A stretch of 64,000 nt of DNA from Nemertoderma westbladi (taxonomy: Eukaryota > Animalia > Xenacoelomorpha): positions 1 through 64,000 of the forward strand of contig JAUCBJ010004675.1 of assembly GCA_032718475.1 (NCBI GenBank), written 5' to 3'. The notes beneath the pieces were generated by a model. That model made no database searches, was not told where the DNA came from, and worked only from the letters and a program-made list of their open reading frames with translations. Positions 51,401-64,000 of this stretch are shown here, piece after piece. Positions within the stretch are counted from its first letter, which is position 1. The number at the start of each line of letters is the position of its first letter. The translations under genes and the position numbers were made by a program.

Positions 51401-54400
51401 GCGAAGATAATTCCGCCTCCCAGGTCTTCCATAAGTCCACTTGGTCTGATGAGATCGGCTCGTCCCATGTTAGTCCATCCTTCCATATACTGCGCATATA
51501 AATGCGGGCTTGCAGTATCACTGGACTGATGAATCCTAACGGATCGAACAATCGGCTCAACTTTGACAAGCATGATCTCTTTGTCAGTATGTTCTCTTGA
51601 CTGTCCAGTCTCACTTTCACTCGAAAGTTGTCTGTGTTTGGGTCCCAAAAGAGCCCCAACACCTTAGTCGTCGGTAGTGGTTCGAACTCTAGGTCTATGT
51701 CACCACCTCCACGCTCAGTCGTCCCGAATGAGTCTACTAATTCGGCACTGTTTGAGGCGAATTTGGTGAGGTTAAAACCTCCGCCCGCTAAGCAGTCCCG
51801 TAATTGATGTGCTACTGTTGTAGCACGTTCTACTGTGTCGCAACTTTGTAATCCGTCGTCTACATAAAAGTCACGTTCTACGATTTTAATTATCTCTGGG
51901 TCATATAGATGTTTCTGATCTCTAGCGGCCTGCTTTAGGGCGTACATCGTACAATTTGGGCTGTCTCTGGCACCGAAAACGCGAACTTGCATTTGGTAAG
52001 TCGCTGGTGGTAGACTTAAGTCTCCTTCCGGGTACCAGAGGAACCGCAAACTGTCTCTGTCTCGCTCTAACGCTCTCACTTGGTGAAACATCGCTTCAAC
52101 GTCGCAAGTAAAGGCTACTTGACGCTGACGGAAGCGCATAATCACCCCCATTAGATAATTATTCATGTTTGGTCCATCCATCAACTCACTATTGAGGGAC
52201 ATTCCCTCAAACAGAGCCGCACAGTCGTTGACTACGCGTACTTTATCTGGTTTGTCGGAGTGTCTCACATAGTGATGTGGCAAGTAATATGTTTGGTCAG
52301 TCACTATCTCCGGGTTAGTCATTCGGATAGCGTATCCCTTTGTCAAATACGTCTCCATCTGAGTGTTGTACTGCAGATGGGCCTTCTCGTCCTTTAATAG
52401 ACGTTGCTGTATTGAGTGTAGACGTCTTAAAGCCAGTGGGTAGTTGTTTATAAGTTTAGGACTTTGGCTACGCCATAACATCCCTACCTCATAATGTCCG
52501 TCTTTCGTCTGGCGGATAGTATCTTCCATGATCTTCAGAGATTGTTTCTCCTGTTCCGACATACAAGGTTCGTAGCTACCAGGTTCAGCTGTATCTTGTT
52601 CTAACCACCTGATAGTCTTCTCCGTTAATTCTTTGTCTAGTGCAGCTTGTTCCACTTGATGAATTTTCAACGCGTCATCATCGATATCGAAGGGCACTGT
52701 TGAGGTTATTTGGGTAGGTAGACTCGCAAGCCTATCATCTGTCTTCGATGGAATCTCTAGCTGACTCGTCTTCTCCCCAAGTTCTAAACTCCGCTGGTGG
52801 ATTAGCTGCTCCTTGTGACTTATCATACTAGTTACACGTCTGTCATGTTTTGTCGACTGTAGTGTAGTATGGTTCACGTCATGTGAAAAGGAAAGAATTG
52901 AATTTGTAGTTAATAAACTACATGTACTCTGTACATCGTCTTCCTCGTCACTTACGTCTAGTGTGCGCACAGGCGCTCGAGTATACCACCCTATCGGCGT
53001 TCTGCAGGCGTATGCGTTTCCCGCTACAACTGCCGATGGTCTGGTTTCCCACACCTGATGTAGGTTGAATTGGTCCGTCCCGATCAGCATGGCTACCGAT
53101 CTATAATTGACAGGACATTCGGGTACACCAAGGTGTCTGAAATACTTACGGTCCTCTAGAGATTGTTCCGGCACTGGACCTAGTAGGTTACTAAAGTCCT
53201 TCGTGGCCGCAAAGGTTAGATCTCTAAAGGGCAACAAAGACCTCTCCCTCTCGCTGTGCTGCGATTTTGGAAGAAGAGAGTCTAAGTCCAACGTAACTCG
53301 TGTCACTGGTATTGCACGCTGTCCGTGCATACTACTTACTGTATAACTGACGTGCTTACCTTGTCTGAGATCCGTCACGACGTCAGCTATCTTTTCATCC
53401 ACGTAACTGTGAGATGAGGCTGAATCTAGAATCGCGTAGATCCTCTTACTCCCCTTTGTGCCAGTGATCTTAATCGGGATTACACTGAATCCCTTCAGTT
53501 GGTCAGTGGTCAGAAGCGCGATCGACGGTTGTTCGTCTCCATTGGAATATTCGTCGTCGTCTTCTGATTCTTCGTCCGACGATCCGGATTGTTCTGAGAA
53601 GCAATCCTCAATATGGGTCACGAAGGTTGGAGTCGTTTTCGATTCTCGTTTTCTATAGGCCGCATCACATCTTGCTGCTGCTTCCGGGTGTTCCCTGGCG
53701 AAGCGTTTTGTCGGCGTGTGGCTGTCTGTGTGGAGCAGACCGTCGTGGTTGCGTCCACAGGATGGACAAGTGTCAGTATTTGGGCAATCTTTACGGACGT
53801 GTCCGTGTCGCGTACACCGCCAACAAGAGTCCAATGGCCGTATTTGCAGCCGTCGTTCTTCCGAGTTCAACTCGCGAAATTGTCGACAACCTCGTAACTT
53901 GTGACCGATATACCGCTTGCCTAGATGCTCGCAGTATTGGCAGCCACTGAAGTTGGTACCAAGTTGCTGTCTCGTCTGTTTGGTCCCAATGGGCGCAGAT
54001 ACCCTACCTCCGTCCGAGAATTGTCGTGATTCCGTCGGTGTGGTGTAAGTGGCCGTCTTAGTGGATGTTGTCTGGGGTTTTTGTCGGTTGGAGGATGGCA
54101 ATGTGATTCCTTCTGCCACGATGTGCTGGTCGGTGTAGTTAGATCGAGTTTCTACTACGGCCTCCCTGGATATTAAAAGGTACACATCTTCTAATTTTAA
54201 GAATCCTCCCCGCTCTTCTCGCTGGTATTCGACCTTTCTCCATTCCCGACGAAGTCGATGGTGGAGTCGTCCTATGATCTTTAATAGGACTGTAGGGGTA
54301 TTCCCGTAATCAAGTTGTCCAATTGATCTTAAGGTAGTGATAGCGTTCTTGATCTCGTCAGCTAGTTTTAGTAAGTCGACGGGTTTAGTGATAGCCCCTC

Positions 54401-57164
54401 CCTTACAGAGTTCCTCTATTACTGACCTGGCCATGCTCACTGTACCTCCGTATATCGAAGTTAAACGATCGTACGCTAGTTCGAAAGCGTCCGGTACACC
54501 AACGAAAGTCTCCGCCAAACGTTTAGGTTCTCCTGACAACGTTTGGAGCAAGTAATTGAACTTCTCCCGTGATGTAAAGGCGCACACGGCGATCTGGGAT
54601 TCGATATAGTCTACGAAAGTATGCCAGTGTTTTGAGCTACCGGAAAACTTCGGTGGTTGTTGTACCGGCAATCCCTGTCTGGCTGCGAATTTCGCTATCT
54701 CCTCGGCAACGTTCAGAGTTTCGCGTCCTTGGTTGGTAACCTTGTTGTTGTTCTCCCTTCTTGGCGCTTTTCTTTGATACGATGTGGGGTTTGAAGGTAC
54801 CGGTCTTTGTGGTTCCTTCGGGTGTCTATTGTGTTCGAATTCGGAATTTCTCGAACTGTCGATTTGAGCTTCCTCCAGACGTTCCTCGATCTGAGCCAAC
54901 TTGTTGACAACTGGTTGCAGAATGTCGGCGAACTGTTGCGTACTAATTGCGTCCGTTGGTTGTAACGCCTTCTGTGTTGGTGTATTCTGTGGAGGATTGT
55001 CTACAAAGGAGTTGTCTGAACGCTCGCGTTTATATTCATCGGCCGCCCCTGTTCTAAATACCTCGCGTTTCGGGTAATCCGATTCGCTCGAAGTACTACT
55101 ATCATCTGGATATGGTGGTCGACGTGCTCGCGTCCGTTGCGTCGTACTAATTCTAACGGTTCGTTTCGGAACATCGTCTCGCTTTCGTTGTTCGGTAGGC
55201 TCACAAGTCTTCCTCGAAGTCGTAGATTGCGATGCAAACTGGTTGAACGGTCGCGTATCCACTGTTCTCCGTTGTTCGGTAGGCTCACAAGTCTTCCTCG
55301 AAGTCGTAGATTGCGATGTAAACTGAACCGGTGGTCGGACGACAGCGTTTGAATCAACTGGCCTTGTAGGTCGAAACGTCATTGGGTAAGCGTAGTGTGT
55401 AACGGGTTTAGGTGTCAAAGGTGGACTCACCTGTTTTGTCGTCAGTAGCGCAGGCCCAGTCAACAAACTACTACGATCTGTAATCGGTGGGTTACTTACC
55501 TTGACTTTCGGAATAGGCGACGACGTTGCTCTTGGCGGTGTAAACTTGTCCGGAATAACAAACCTGTGTTCCGTCGCACCATGGATAGGAGAAATATCAC
55601 TACTACCCGCAATCGAAACAGGTTCCTTAGTCGTAACCGGTGCAAACATATGAGTTACCTGTGGGAATCGTTGACACACGTCTTTTACTAATTGTCGTTC
55701 CCGTCCGGGTGCTCCTACGCTTCCTTCCTTCTTCCGTTCCTGAATTTGGCGATGTCTTACCTCTAACTGGTCCAAATCATGTCCGTCACGAGATCTCATC
55801 GATCGATCGCGGGCCTTTTGATCCAGATCTTCCTCGGCGTTCGCTAATTCTCTCGCCTTCTTCTCGAGTTCGAAATGAAGTTTAGCCGTCTTCTCTCGTT
55901 GTTCCGTTTGTTGTCGTTGCGCCTCAAACTCCGCTTGTCGTATAGCGGATTGAGCTTTTATTTGCCGTGTTCTCATTTCGGCCCGTGCTTCCGAAACTAA
56001 CCTTTCTCGTTTTAATTCCGCCGCTGCCGCTGCCGTTTGTCACTCTAGTTCGGCCGCTGCGTTTCGTTGCTCTAACTCGGCCGCTGCGTTTCGTCGCTCT
56101 AACTCGGCCGCCGCCGCTGCCGCTTGTCGCTCTACCTCGGCCGCTGCCGCTGCCGCTTGTCGGGCAATGTCTACTTCTAATCTTTTCATTTCGGCCGCTT
56201 CGAGTTCGGCTTGTTCCTGCAGATGAGAGATTCTCGCTACGTTTGCAACGCGTAGCTTCTCTTCCTCTACTGCTGCCTGCATCACTAGAAGTTGAGCTTG
56301 TTCTTCCATTTCTTGTCGTTGTCGGTGGAATTCTTGCTGTTGTCGAGCAACTTCTGACGTGACTATACTTCCCTCGCAGATTTCGCTACGAATACTTACC
56401 AGCGATTGATTTAGTATTCCCGGTGCCGATTCGATTCGTACGGGTGATATTTCCCTCGTATATTCCGGCACGGTTTCCCAATCTCCGACGTCTTTGCCGC
56501 ACATACGTAAGTGGTCCGTCAGGTGTTTTAATTGTCCATCCAGTCGGTACAGTTCCTGTTCTTCCTCGGGTTGTAATAATTCGTCCGAAACTGACTCACC
56601 TAACAACTGGTCCGCTTGTTCCTGTTGTATCTGTCTAATCGTCGACTTAAACTGAATCAGTTTCTCTCTAGCGATCATCAGTTTCTCGAGGATTCTAAGT
56701 TGAGTATCCATGTCCTGTCTCTGTCTAGCTAGATCTTGTATACCAATTAGGTTATCTACGGACTTGTGTACTCTACTTTGTACTCTAACCTGGAGGGTGT
56801 AGAACTCGAATCGAGACATCGGAGCGGTCAACTCGTCTAATATGCGTTGGCCTTCCCCAATACTCCTGGTTATATGCGCCATGTAACCACCGACGCTTCT
56901 AATCACACTTTCTGTGCTTCCTGCTGAACTTACCATTTCCGTTTCCCTATATCTAGGTTGCGGAACAGCCAGAAAGTCCTCGGTCCTGCCGTCGCCTCGT
57001 ACTACGGCATCCGGTACTCCCGTTGGATGTACTGGTGACGCACATGGTGTAGGTTCGGTAGGCTCGCGAGTCTTTCCCTGTTGTTCTTCCGCTGCTGACT
57101 TATCTCCGTCGCATGAGTCATAGTCGGTTTGTGTATTCTTCGTATAGTCTTGTTTGTCACTCAT
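48482..57164 (-). pseudogene. BEL/Pao Gag-Pol polyprotein (one nonsense codon, one frameshift)
   Basis: Gag knuckles, protease ILDSAS, RT YLPHH/FYVDD, RNase H FSDAS/WTDA/NPAD, IN GIDCFGP/SDKGTNF/WERLI. TGA at 56042-56040 is in frame; frameshift at ~50530. Confidence 0.93.
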
Positions 57165-57975
57165 TTCGGTAGTTGTAAGTCAAGTAAAGTGAGTGTCAAA
57201 GTATCGAGTTTACCGTATTTGTACAAAACGGTACTAATTACAGTCTTATAAAATTAGCCTACCGGCCGATTTTATAGCAGATGGATAAAATTAGCCTAAA
57301 CGGCCAATTTTACAGCAAATAAATGTCACGGACTAAGTATATAATAAAATTAGCCTAGCGGCCAATTTTATAACAAATAAATCGGATAACGATATGCGTT
57401 ATCAAAAGGTAAATTAAATACAATAATACGGACTAATTCAGCAATGAACAAAGAAATCATACGGAATGCATAAATACTTGAGACAGTGGAACCCACAATA
57501 ATTTTAACTAATACGGTAATGCCTAACTTATTTATGCAACTTTTCAAACTCACCCACTCCAATAATTCTCCAGAAAAACAGATTCCCAGATACAAACCGG
57601 ACGTGAACCTTTCCGTTTTTAACGTTGCGGACGAAACGCGATTTTCCCAACCAAAGTTGTTGAGTTATCTATCTCCCAAACTTGCTAAACACGGTCTTGC
57701 TCCCGTTACAGCCTAGAAATGAGTTCTGAATCCTGAAAAAACAAAAGAGTTAGGTTTTACTTTACGAAAATTTTGTACCGGTACAATATGGTATTTAAAC
57801 CCTTTTAAACACCGGTATTCAATTCCAAAATATTTTTACACGCGGTTCAAATCAAATTTTTTATTTCAAAAAATTAGCACTTAGCTAATCAAATATAAAT
57901 TTTTTACCTCAAAATACAAAATTTTCAAATAACTTTAGTCCTACCGAACCGTAGTTCAGTAAAACATATTCCTAC

Positions 57976-59898
57976 TAATTGGAGAGATACGCCTATTCCT
58001 ACTATTGGAAGAGACGGTAACAATACCTGCAATATCTTACTGTAAAGTTTGTAAATCAAATCATAAATCCGACCTTCTCACCAAAACAGTAAACTCTAAG
58101 TAAGCGAATATATTGCAGTATTGATCTCTTATAACCGGTGAGGCAGAAAACAGTCTACGAGCAGACAAACTTCGATAAAACAAAATCCCGCGCAGCGAAT
58201 CCTAAAATCAGGCCGACTCACTGACGGACTAAGGGGCTCGTATACTTTGCCGCGGTGTGATTTATATGGTTGGGCAAAAGGGACGCTAGCTAGGTACAGA
58301 GGCAGATATTTGGAGATGTCTAACTAGCGAGCAAAGTGCAGTAAGGACGAAAGTTAATTTTTATATATTTTGAGGTGTAAATAATTTCTAACGCGCGTGT
58401 GTCAATTCTGAACGGTCAAAAGCAGTTTTGCTCCTTCACATATATAATTACTGGGTACGGTGTGCATTTTACGAATATTCTAATTTTATAACTTGTAGGT
58501 CCAATACTCACGAATGATAAGGTTCCTTCCCCTCTTGCGTATTTCCAGGACTCAAATTCAGGCATAAGGTTAATACTACGCCCAGAATTCGGCAATTTTA
58601 GGTACCAGGTCCCTGATACTAAGAAGAGATGTGTTAGTTTACTACTGTAGGCGTACGGGTACTAATAGCTATCCTGGCTCCTATCTAGAATTTTAGTCAC
58701 CCAGGTAGTCCGGGTAACTTCCTATTAGGGCGTTGGCGGGGACACGGTAGATGTTAGTATATCCCTGATAGCCTCAATTTATTTGCGCCTAGTGTAAACT
58801 GCCCTACCGCCTGAACGGTACAATCCTAATTCAGGTGAAAACACAGCAACCCCCCTAGCCTACAAGTTCTAATGCAATGGACACCGTTGTACGGCAAATA
58901 GTCACAGACGCACCTGTACTTAGCAAGAGTTAAGCGTACAGTTTGCTGCACCCTAACCATTTGTATGCCTTGTACCGGTGTGCCTACGTCCTATCTGCGT
59001 ACTAGTATCTGCCTGCGCTCTCTCCCTCCCCCCGTAGGAATATGAAGGTCTACTGCGGTTTTTCCTGAATCAAGACAGTACAGTCCCTTAGATATAATTT
59101 TAGGCTCACAGCGTGTCACTACTTCTACCTTTTGATCTTTTGGTCTTACACTTAGGTAGCAAGGATCGAACGCTGTCTAACCTTTCAGGCGATGGGCGAA
59201 TAACTCTAGATGGTATTGCGGGTTGTCTCTCGTCTACATTCCCGTGATGTTCCCGTTCATTGCTGCGGCCCGATCTCTAGCCTGCCATCCTGTCCCTTAG
59301 TTGGGTTCACCGTGGTGAATCATAGTAAAACAGATAGGAAAAGCAGATTAGCAATAATTCTGACTTTATTACAGAAGATATAATTATAATACAATGTAAT
59401 CTGAAAACTAATGACAGAATAAACAAATATCAGATAACTGAATAACTGAGAGAGAATAATAACTAATGAACAAATCGCACCTTTTTATAGCAAATTTGTG
59501 CCGCAATCAATCGAGAAAATTCTCGATTGTTCTATGGGTTCTAACAAGGTTTTAAAGATAGCTATTGGTCCAGCTAATATATAACTTGCACGACATTGGT
59601 TACAATCAAATAACTACAGTCTCATTGGTACAGATAAATGCAATTAATTTGTAGCGGTTAATTTAAATGAGTTGAAATTCTGCACAAAAAATAATTCGCA
59701 CTTACTAGGATTCGAACTCAATACCTACTACACATATAATTTCCAACGCTCTACCGACTGAGCTACTGAACCACTTGACCGATGGGTGTACAAATGATAG
59801 AACCAATACGAATGAGAACTCAAAGCAATCTTTACAAAGTTAATCCGAATAAAATAAAATTTTGAAAATCCACGGCATTTAGGGAATATAATTCTATA
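57976..59898 (-). repeat. BEL 5' LTR
   Basis: 1923-bp direct repeat of 43457-45379. Confidence 0.95.
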
Positions 59899-61550
59899 AA
59901 TACTGTACCATTTTGATTATTTTAAATATTCTCGCATTCACACATTACGTTAGGGAACCCCCAGTATTCGCGATTAGAAAGACGTAGGCAATAGCGTGTT
60001 TTAGTAGTGATAAAATTAGGCGTAAGAATACTCTGAGTGCAAGGCCTCTCGCAAGGCAAGGCCTCTCCGACTCGGGTTTATTGTTTTGGTTATTCCCGCG
60101 TGGCTCATAGATTCGAACAGTTAGCTCTCTATCGAGCGATCGGTAGAGAAAGGAACAAGCGATTTTGCAGGAGTTGTGTAAAATTAGTAAAATATATTAG
60201 CGAACGGCAGATTAGCGCCATCTAGCGGTAAGTAGCGGTTTGGTATTTAGCAACCTTTACAATTTAGTAATATCACGCTCCTGATCCCCTTTACTTAACA
60301 GTAGGGCAGTCTTTGTGTCTTATTGGTTAGACGAGAACTTATTAGGTTGGCAGAGAAGTATACCGGTATTTGTCTGTTCAACAGTTCTGCTGTTAGTATA
60401 GAGGTCGCGGTTGTTTATCAGTAATACGCGTTTGTTTTGCTGTACTGCGTACAGTAAATACGAATTAGATTACTGTATTAGGTACTGTACTGCGTACGAT
60501 AGTACAGTAGTACATTAGGCTGATTGCTGTTACTGCGTACGGTAGAAGGGACATTTGTTTTGCCGTACCATACACAGTATCATTAGGTAGTTAGGTTGGT
60601 GTACTGTTTTACTTACTGTACTGCATACAGTGGATGTACGGTAGTGCGTTTTTGCTAATTGCGAATACAGCAGTTCCTTAGGCCTTAGGGCAAACTGTAA
60701 TTAGTAAGTTTTTGAAAATTTTAGCTAGGTTTGTGAGAATTCAGTTTTCGGTCAAAATTATTTTGTAAAATTCTAGAGTTTTGTACCGGTATGTTAGGTA
60801 ACCGCTTAGTTATTTTATACCATCTGGAGATACATGGCAAGACGGAACTTCTGAGTTTGGGGTTCGTGTGGGTCTGCGGGTTCGGTTTGCAATCAGCGAA
60901 GGGCCTGAATCTTTGGACGCGGACGTGGAATCTCACAGCAAACAAGGTTAGTTGTTCTGTTGGCACCAGTGTGTTTGTGGAAGCAGTAAAAAATTATCGG
61001 TTGTTTAACTGCGAAGCTGAACTCAATTTATTAGTTAGGATATTTAGGTTTAGCCGGCCATGGTTTTTTGAATCGCTCAAGTTAGAGAGAGAGTTAGAGA
61101 GAGTCGCAACCCGAAGATGTAGCCACGCGCTAGTGGATACATATAATATTTGAAATTAAAATTACGTTGATTAGAGCTATATATATATAAAATTAGAAAT
61201 ATTCGGGCGGCAAGTTTATTTTGAATATTTTGTATTAGATTCAAAGTTATTTTGTGCTATACCGGTATTTAATACTATATAGTAGCTATATAATAATATT
61301 TTTGTTTAAATATTGTGCTAGTATTTGCTATAACTATATACCCCATTAAATTCACAATATTGCATTGCGAATTTATTTGACATATACCGTATTTTCGGTT
61401 AAATTATAATTATATCTCGAACTTTTGCGAGATTTTTGCCGGAAGGCAAACATTATTTAGACCATGAGTGTCTCAGACAAGGAGGCACTAGAGGACAGCT
61501 ATGAGACGGCGGCAGGACCGCCGACTGACGATAGCGTAAACATTACTGTT

Positions 61551-63847
61551 ATAATAATAATAAATAATAATTCTTTTATTCATTCTCGATAGTTATAAGC
61601 ACCAATCGAGGCAGTTTGTCTCAGGCGACAACTGATAATTGAATAAGCGTTAAAAGACCACATGCATATAATGCATGAGCTGTACAGTAGAGGACATAAC
61701 AGTATTGTAACAACTTAATTTAAATTTAGATACACAATTTATTTAGATACCCACAATCCAATCATTGCCCCCCCCCCCCCCCCCCCCCCCCACAACAAAA
61801 ACTTAAATAAATATTTTAGGTGACTTCCTCCCGGTGGTAGCGAGATAGAAAATGGGATTTTAATTTGTTTTTGAATTCTGTCGTTTTGTTATAACATTTT
61901 TTGATAGGTAAAGGTAACATATTCCACATTTTTGTTAGTTGTACTATCATACTGTTGTGGCCATAGATATTGGTTGTTTTCGGCAGTCTTAGTTGAATAG
62001 TGCGTTTATTTAGATGGATATGTGTATTTGATATAAATGGTAATTCAAGGATTTTGTATGGTTCTGACAGGTGAAATAGGTATTTGTAATAATATATTAG
62101 CCCAAAATATTCCCGATATGCTGTTAGAATTGGAATTTTGGCTTTTGATCTTAGTTCAGTGCCGGTACAGTCCCTGGTTTTTTTGTTAAATATTGAGCGA
62201 AGTGCGAAGTTTTGCATCTTTTCTAGCTTATATAGTAGTTCTTTGTATCCGTATTTATTGTGTAGGGAAACCAGAAGTTGGCTACAGTAGTGATGGTGCG
62301 GTAGAACTATTGTTTTATATATGTTAATTTTGGTTTGTATCGGTAATTGTCCTTTAATTTTCCGTAAACATGATATACTTAGTGACATTTTTCGTACTAC
62401 AGAGTCTATTTGTTCTTTCCAGGTCAGTTTGTTGTCTATATGTACTCCTAGGTATTTTACACTTTGTGATTGGTTAATATGAATGTCATGGGATAACGTA
62501 AGTTTAGAATCGTCAATATTGCTGCGGTCAGTTTTTGGGGATAATAGTATGAATTCAGTTTTTTCAGGATTTAATTTTAGTTTCTTCTTACCGAAAATGT
62601 CAGATATTTTATTAATTGTTAGTGTTAGTTTGTCAGTTGCTTCAGTGGGATCGTGAGACGAAATATAGATTGCTGTGTCGTCTGCATATTGGACAGTATT
62701 GGCAGAGTCAGATATTAGTTCTGGTATTTCGTTTGTATATAGTGAGAATAAAAGCGGTCCAATAAGTGTTCCTTGTGGTACCCCCCGTTGCTCCTTCAGA
62801 AAAGACGATAATTGTGACCCAACCCTAACCCTCTGGAATCTGTCAGTTAAATAACTTTTAATTAATTTGCAAGCTGTTGTGTGGAACCCCAAATTTGATA
62901 AGACATTTATGAGCTGTGAATGATCGAGAGAATTAAAGGCCTTACTAAGGTCGAGAAACGCTACTGCCACATATTTTTGTTTATCTAATTGTTCACGCCA
63001 TCGTTCGGTCGCATACGTAACAGCGTCAAGTGTAGAAAATTTCTTACGAAATCCGAACTGAAAAGCAGTGCGTAATTTGTGTTTGTAAAGATAGCATTCA
63101 ATTTGGCTTACAAGTACCTTTTCTATTATTTTTGAAATTGGATGTGTGATGCTTAAAGGGCGATAGTTTTGTGGGTCATCATCGTCTCCCTTTTTAAATA
63201 CGGGCGTTATGGTTGAGAGCTTTAATGTGTCTGGGAAAATGGAACGTGTAATACAGTCATTTATAATATGAGTTAGAGGTGATAAGATCATAGGGCGAAT
63301 CTGTTTCAATATTCTTATAGGGATTTTAGAGTGGCCGCATGGTTTGTTTTCGTTCAAATTTTGTATAATTTTATCTAGGTCAAAAATATTAATAGAAGAA
63401 AAACAAAAAGCGTTGTTGTTTGGAGAAATTTGAATTGTGTTTGGAATCGGTAGTGACTTACTTGTAATATTAAGATCTGAAAATTTACCAATATCAATAT
63501 ATATTTCATTTAAAATGTTCGATATTTCTTTTTTATCAAATATACTTTTCCCACCATAGCTTATTTCCGAAACAGATTTACTATTTTTATTTTTATTTAA
63601 AACCTCATTTATCACCTTCCAACGTCCCTGAGTTGTGTTTTGAGTTAAGAATTTATTTTTTACGTATGCATTTTTTAAATTTTTGTTTAAATTATTGTAC
63701 AAATTTCGCGTTTTCTTGAAGGAATTAAAATCAGCAATATCTTTAGAAGAGCGCCAAATGTTTAATTTTTCATACTTTAATTTTCTTAAATTTCCGAGTT
63801 CTGTTGTGTGCCATTTCTGTGTGGCTCCTAAGTATTTTTGTGGCATT
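61551..63847 (-). mobile_element. 5'-truncated L2/Crack/Daphne-type LINE with open RT (63846-61816)
   Basis: NYRPLS, QFGFR, FLDLSKAF, GVPQG, QYADDT, KYLGV. AATAAA plus (TTA)n tail. TGTT duplicated at 61547-61550 and 63848-63851. Confidence 0.92.
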
Positions 63848-64000
63848 TGTTGACGACAATGCCGACTATGACGACGCAGCGAGCGACGCTGACGTAAGTG
63901 AACAGGAGGACGAGACAGTGACTAGTGAGGAAGAACAACAACCTCAGGTAATAGTATTAGGATCCCCTACCGCTACTGTAAGGAAGGATTGTACAGCAAC

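Larger units (their letters stand above)
43457..59898 (-). mobile_element. Full-length BEL/Pao LTR retrotransposon (16.4 kb)
   Basis: Two 1923-bp LTRs, TSD AATAC (43452-43456 and 59899-59903), gag-pro-RT-RNaseH-IN order. Confidence 0.95.
41794..64000 (+). mobile_element. Host LTR retrotransposon 5' part: LTR 41794-60300 (~2.06 kb without the nested BEL) and start of a gag-like ORF at 61464
   Basis: TGTTA (41794) ... TAACA (60300) ends, interrupting the Penelope ORF. The acidic ORF MSVSDKE...NITV|DDNADY stays in frame when the L2 insertion is removed and runs off the window. Confidence 0.6.

Noticed and set aside
5349-57164. Alternative genetic code or programmed readthrough to explain the in-frame stops
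   Set aside because: All three stop types occur (TAG 6102, TAA 10641, TGA 21391 and 56042) alongside frameshifts, and all three also end genes normally. Ordinary decay is the simpler explanation.

Overview
AT-rich eukaryotic (invertebrate-like) repeat-dense DNA made almost entirely of nested mobile elements and satellites; no intact host gene is evident. (1) A Polinton/Maverick at 619-11661 has AGTAGT...ACTACT ends and a 6-bp TSD (GTGGGC) but retains only pPolB and an adenain-type protease. (2) Nested inside it is a 6.24-kb unit (5037-11278) with its own ~50-bp TIRs at a TTTAAA site. It has no recognisable DDE or tyrosine-recombinase transposase. It encodes a ~850-codon protein with Rep_trans/CRI-like rolling-circle initiator motifs and a convergent nucleoside-phosphorylase-fold protein. 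This is the best candidate for an undescribed system, although both genes carry nonsense codons in this copy. (3) A separate Polinton/adintovirus fragment has integrase, two pentons, a pX/pVII-like protein and an MCP stub. (4) Also present: two RTE copies, three other LINE remnants, a Penelope-like element, and 19-, 77- and 99-bp satellites. (5) A young full-length BEL/Pao element (43457-59898) has non-canonical TA...TA LTR ends, a tRNA-like cassette in each LTR and an extra zinc-knuckle ORF; it sits inside the LTR of a second LTR element. All family calls come from reading motifs by eye; no database searches were run.
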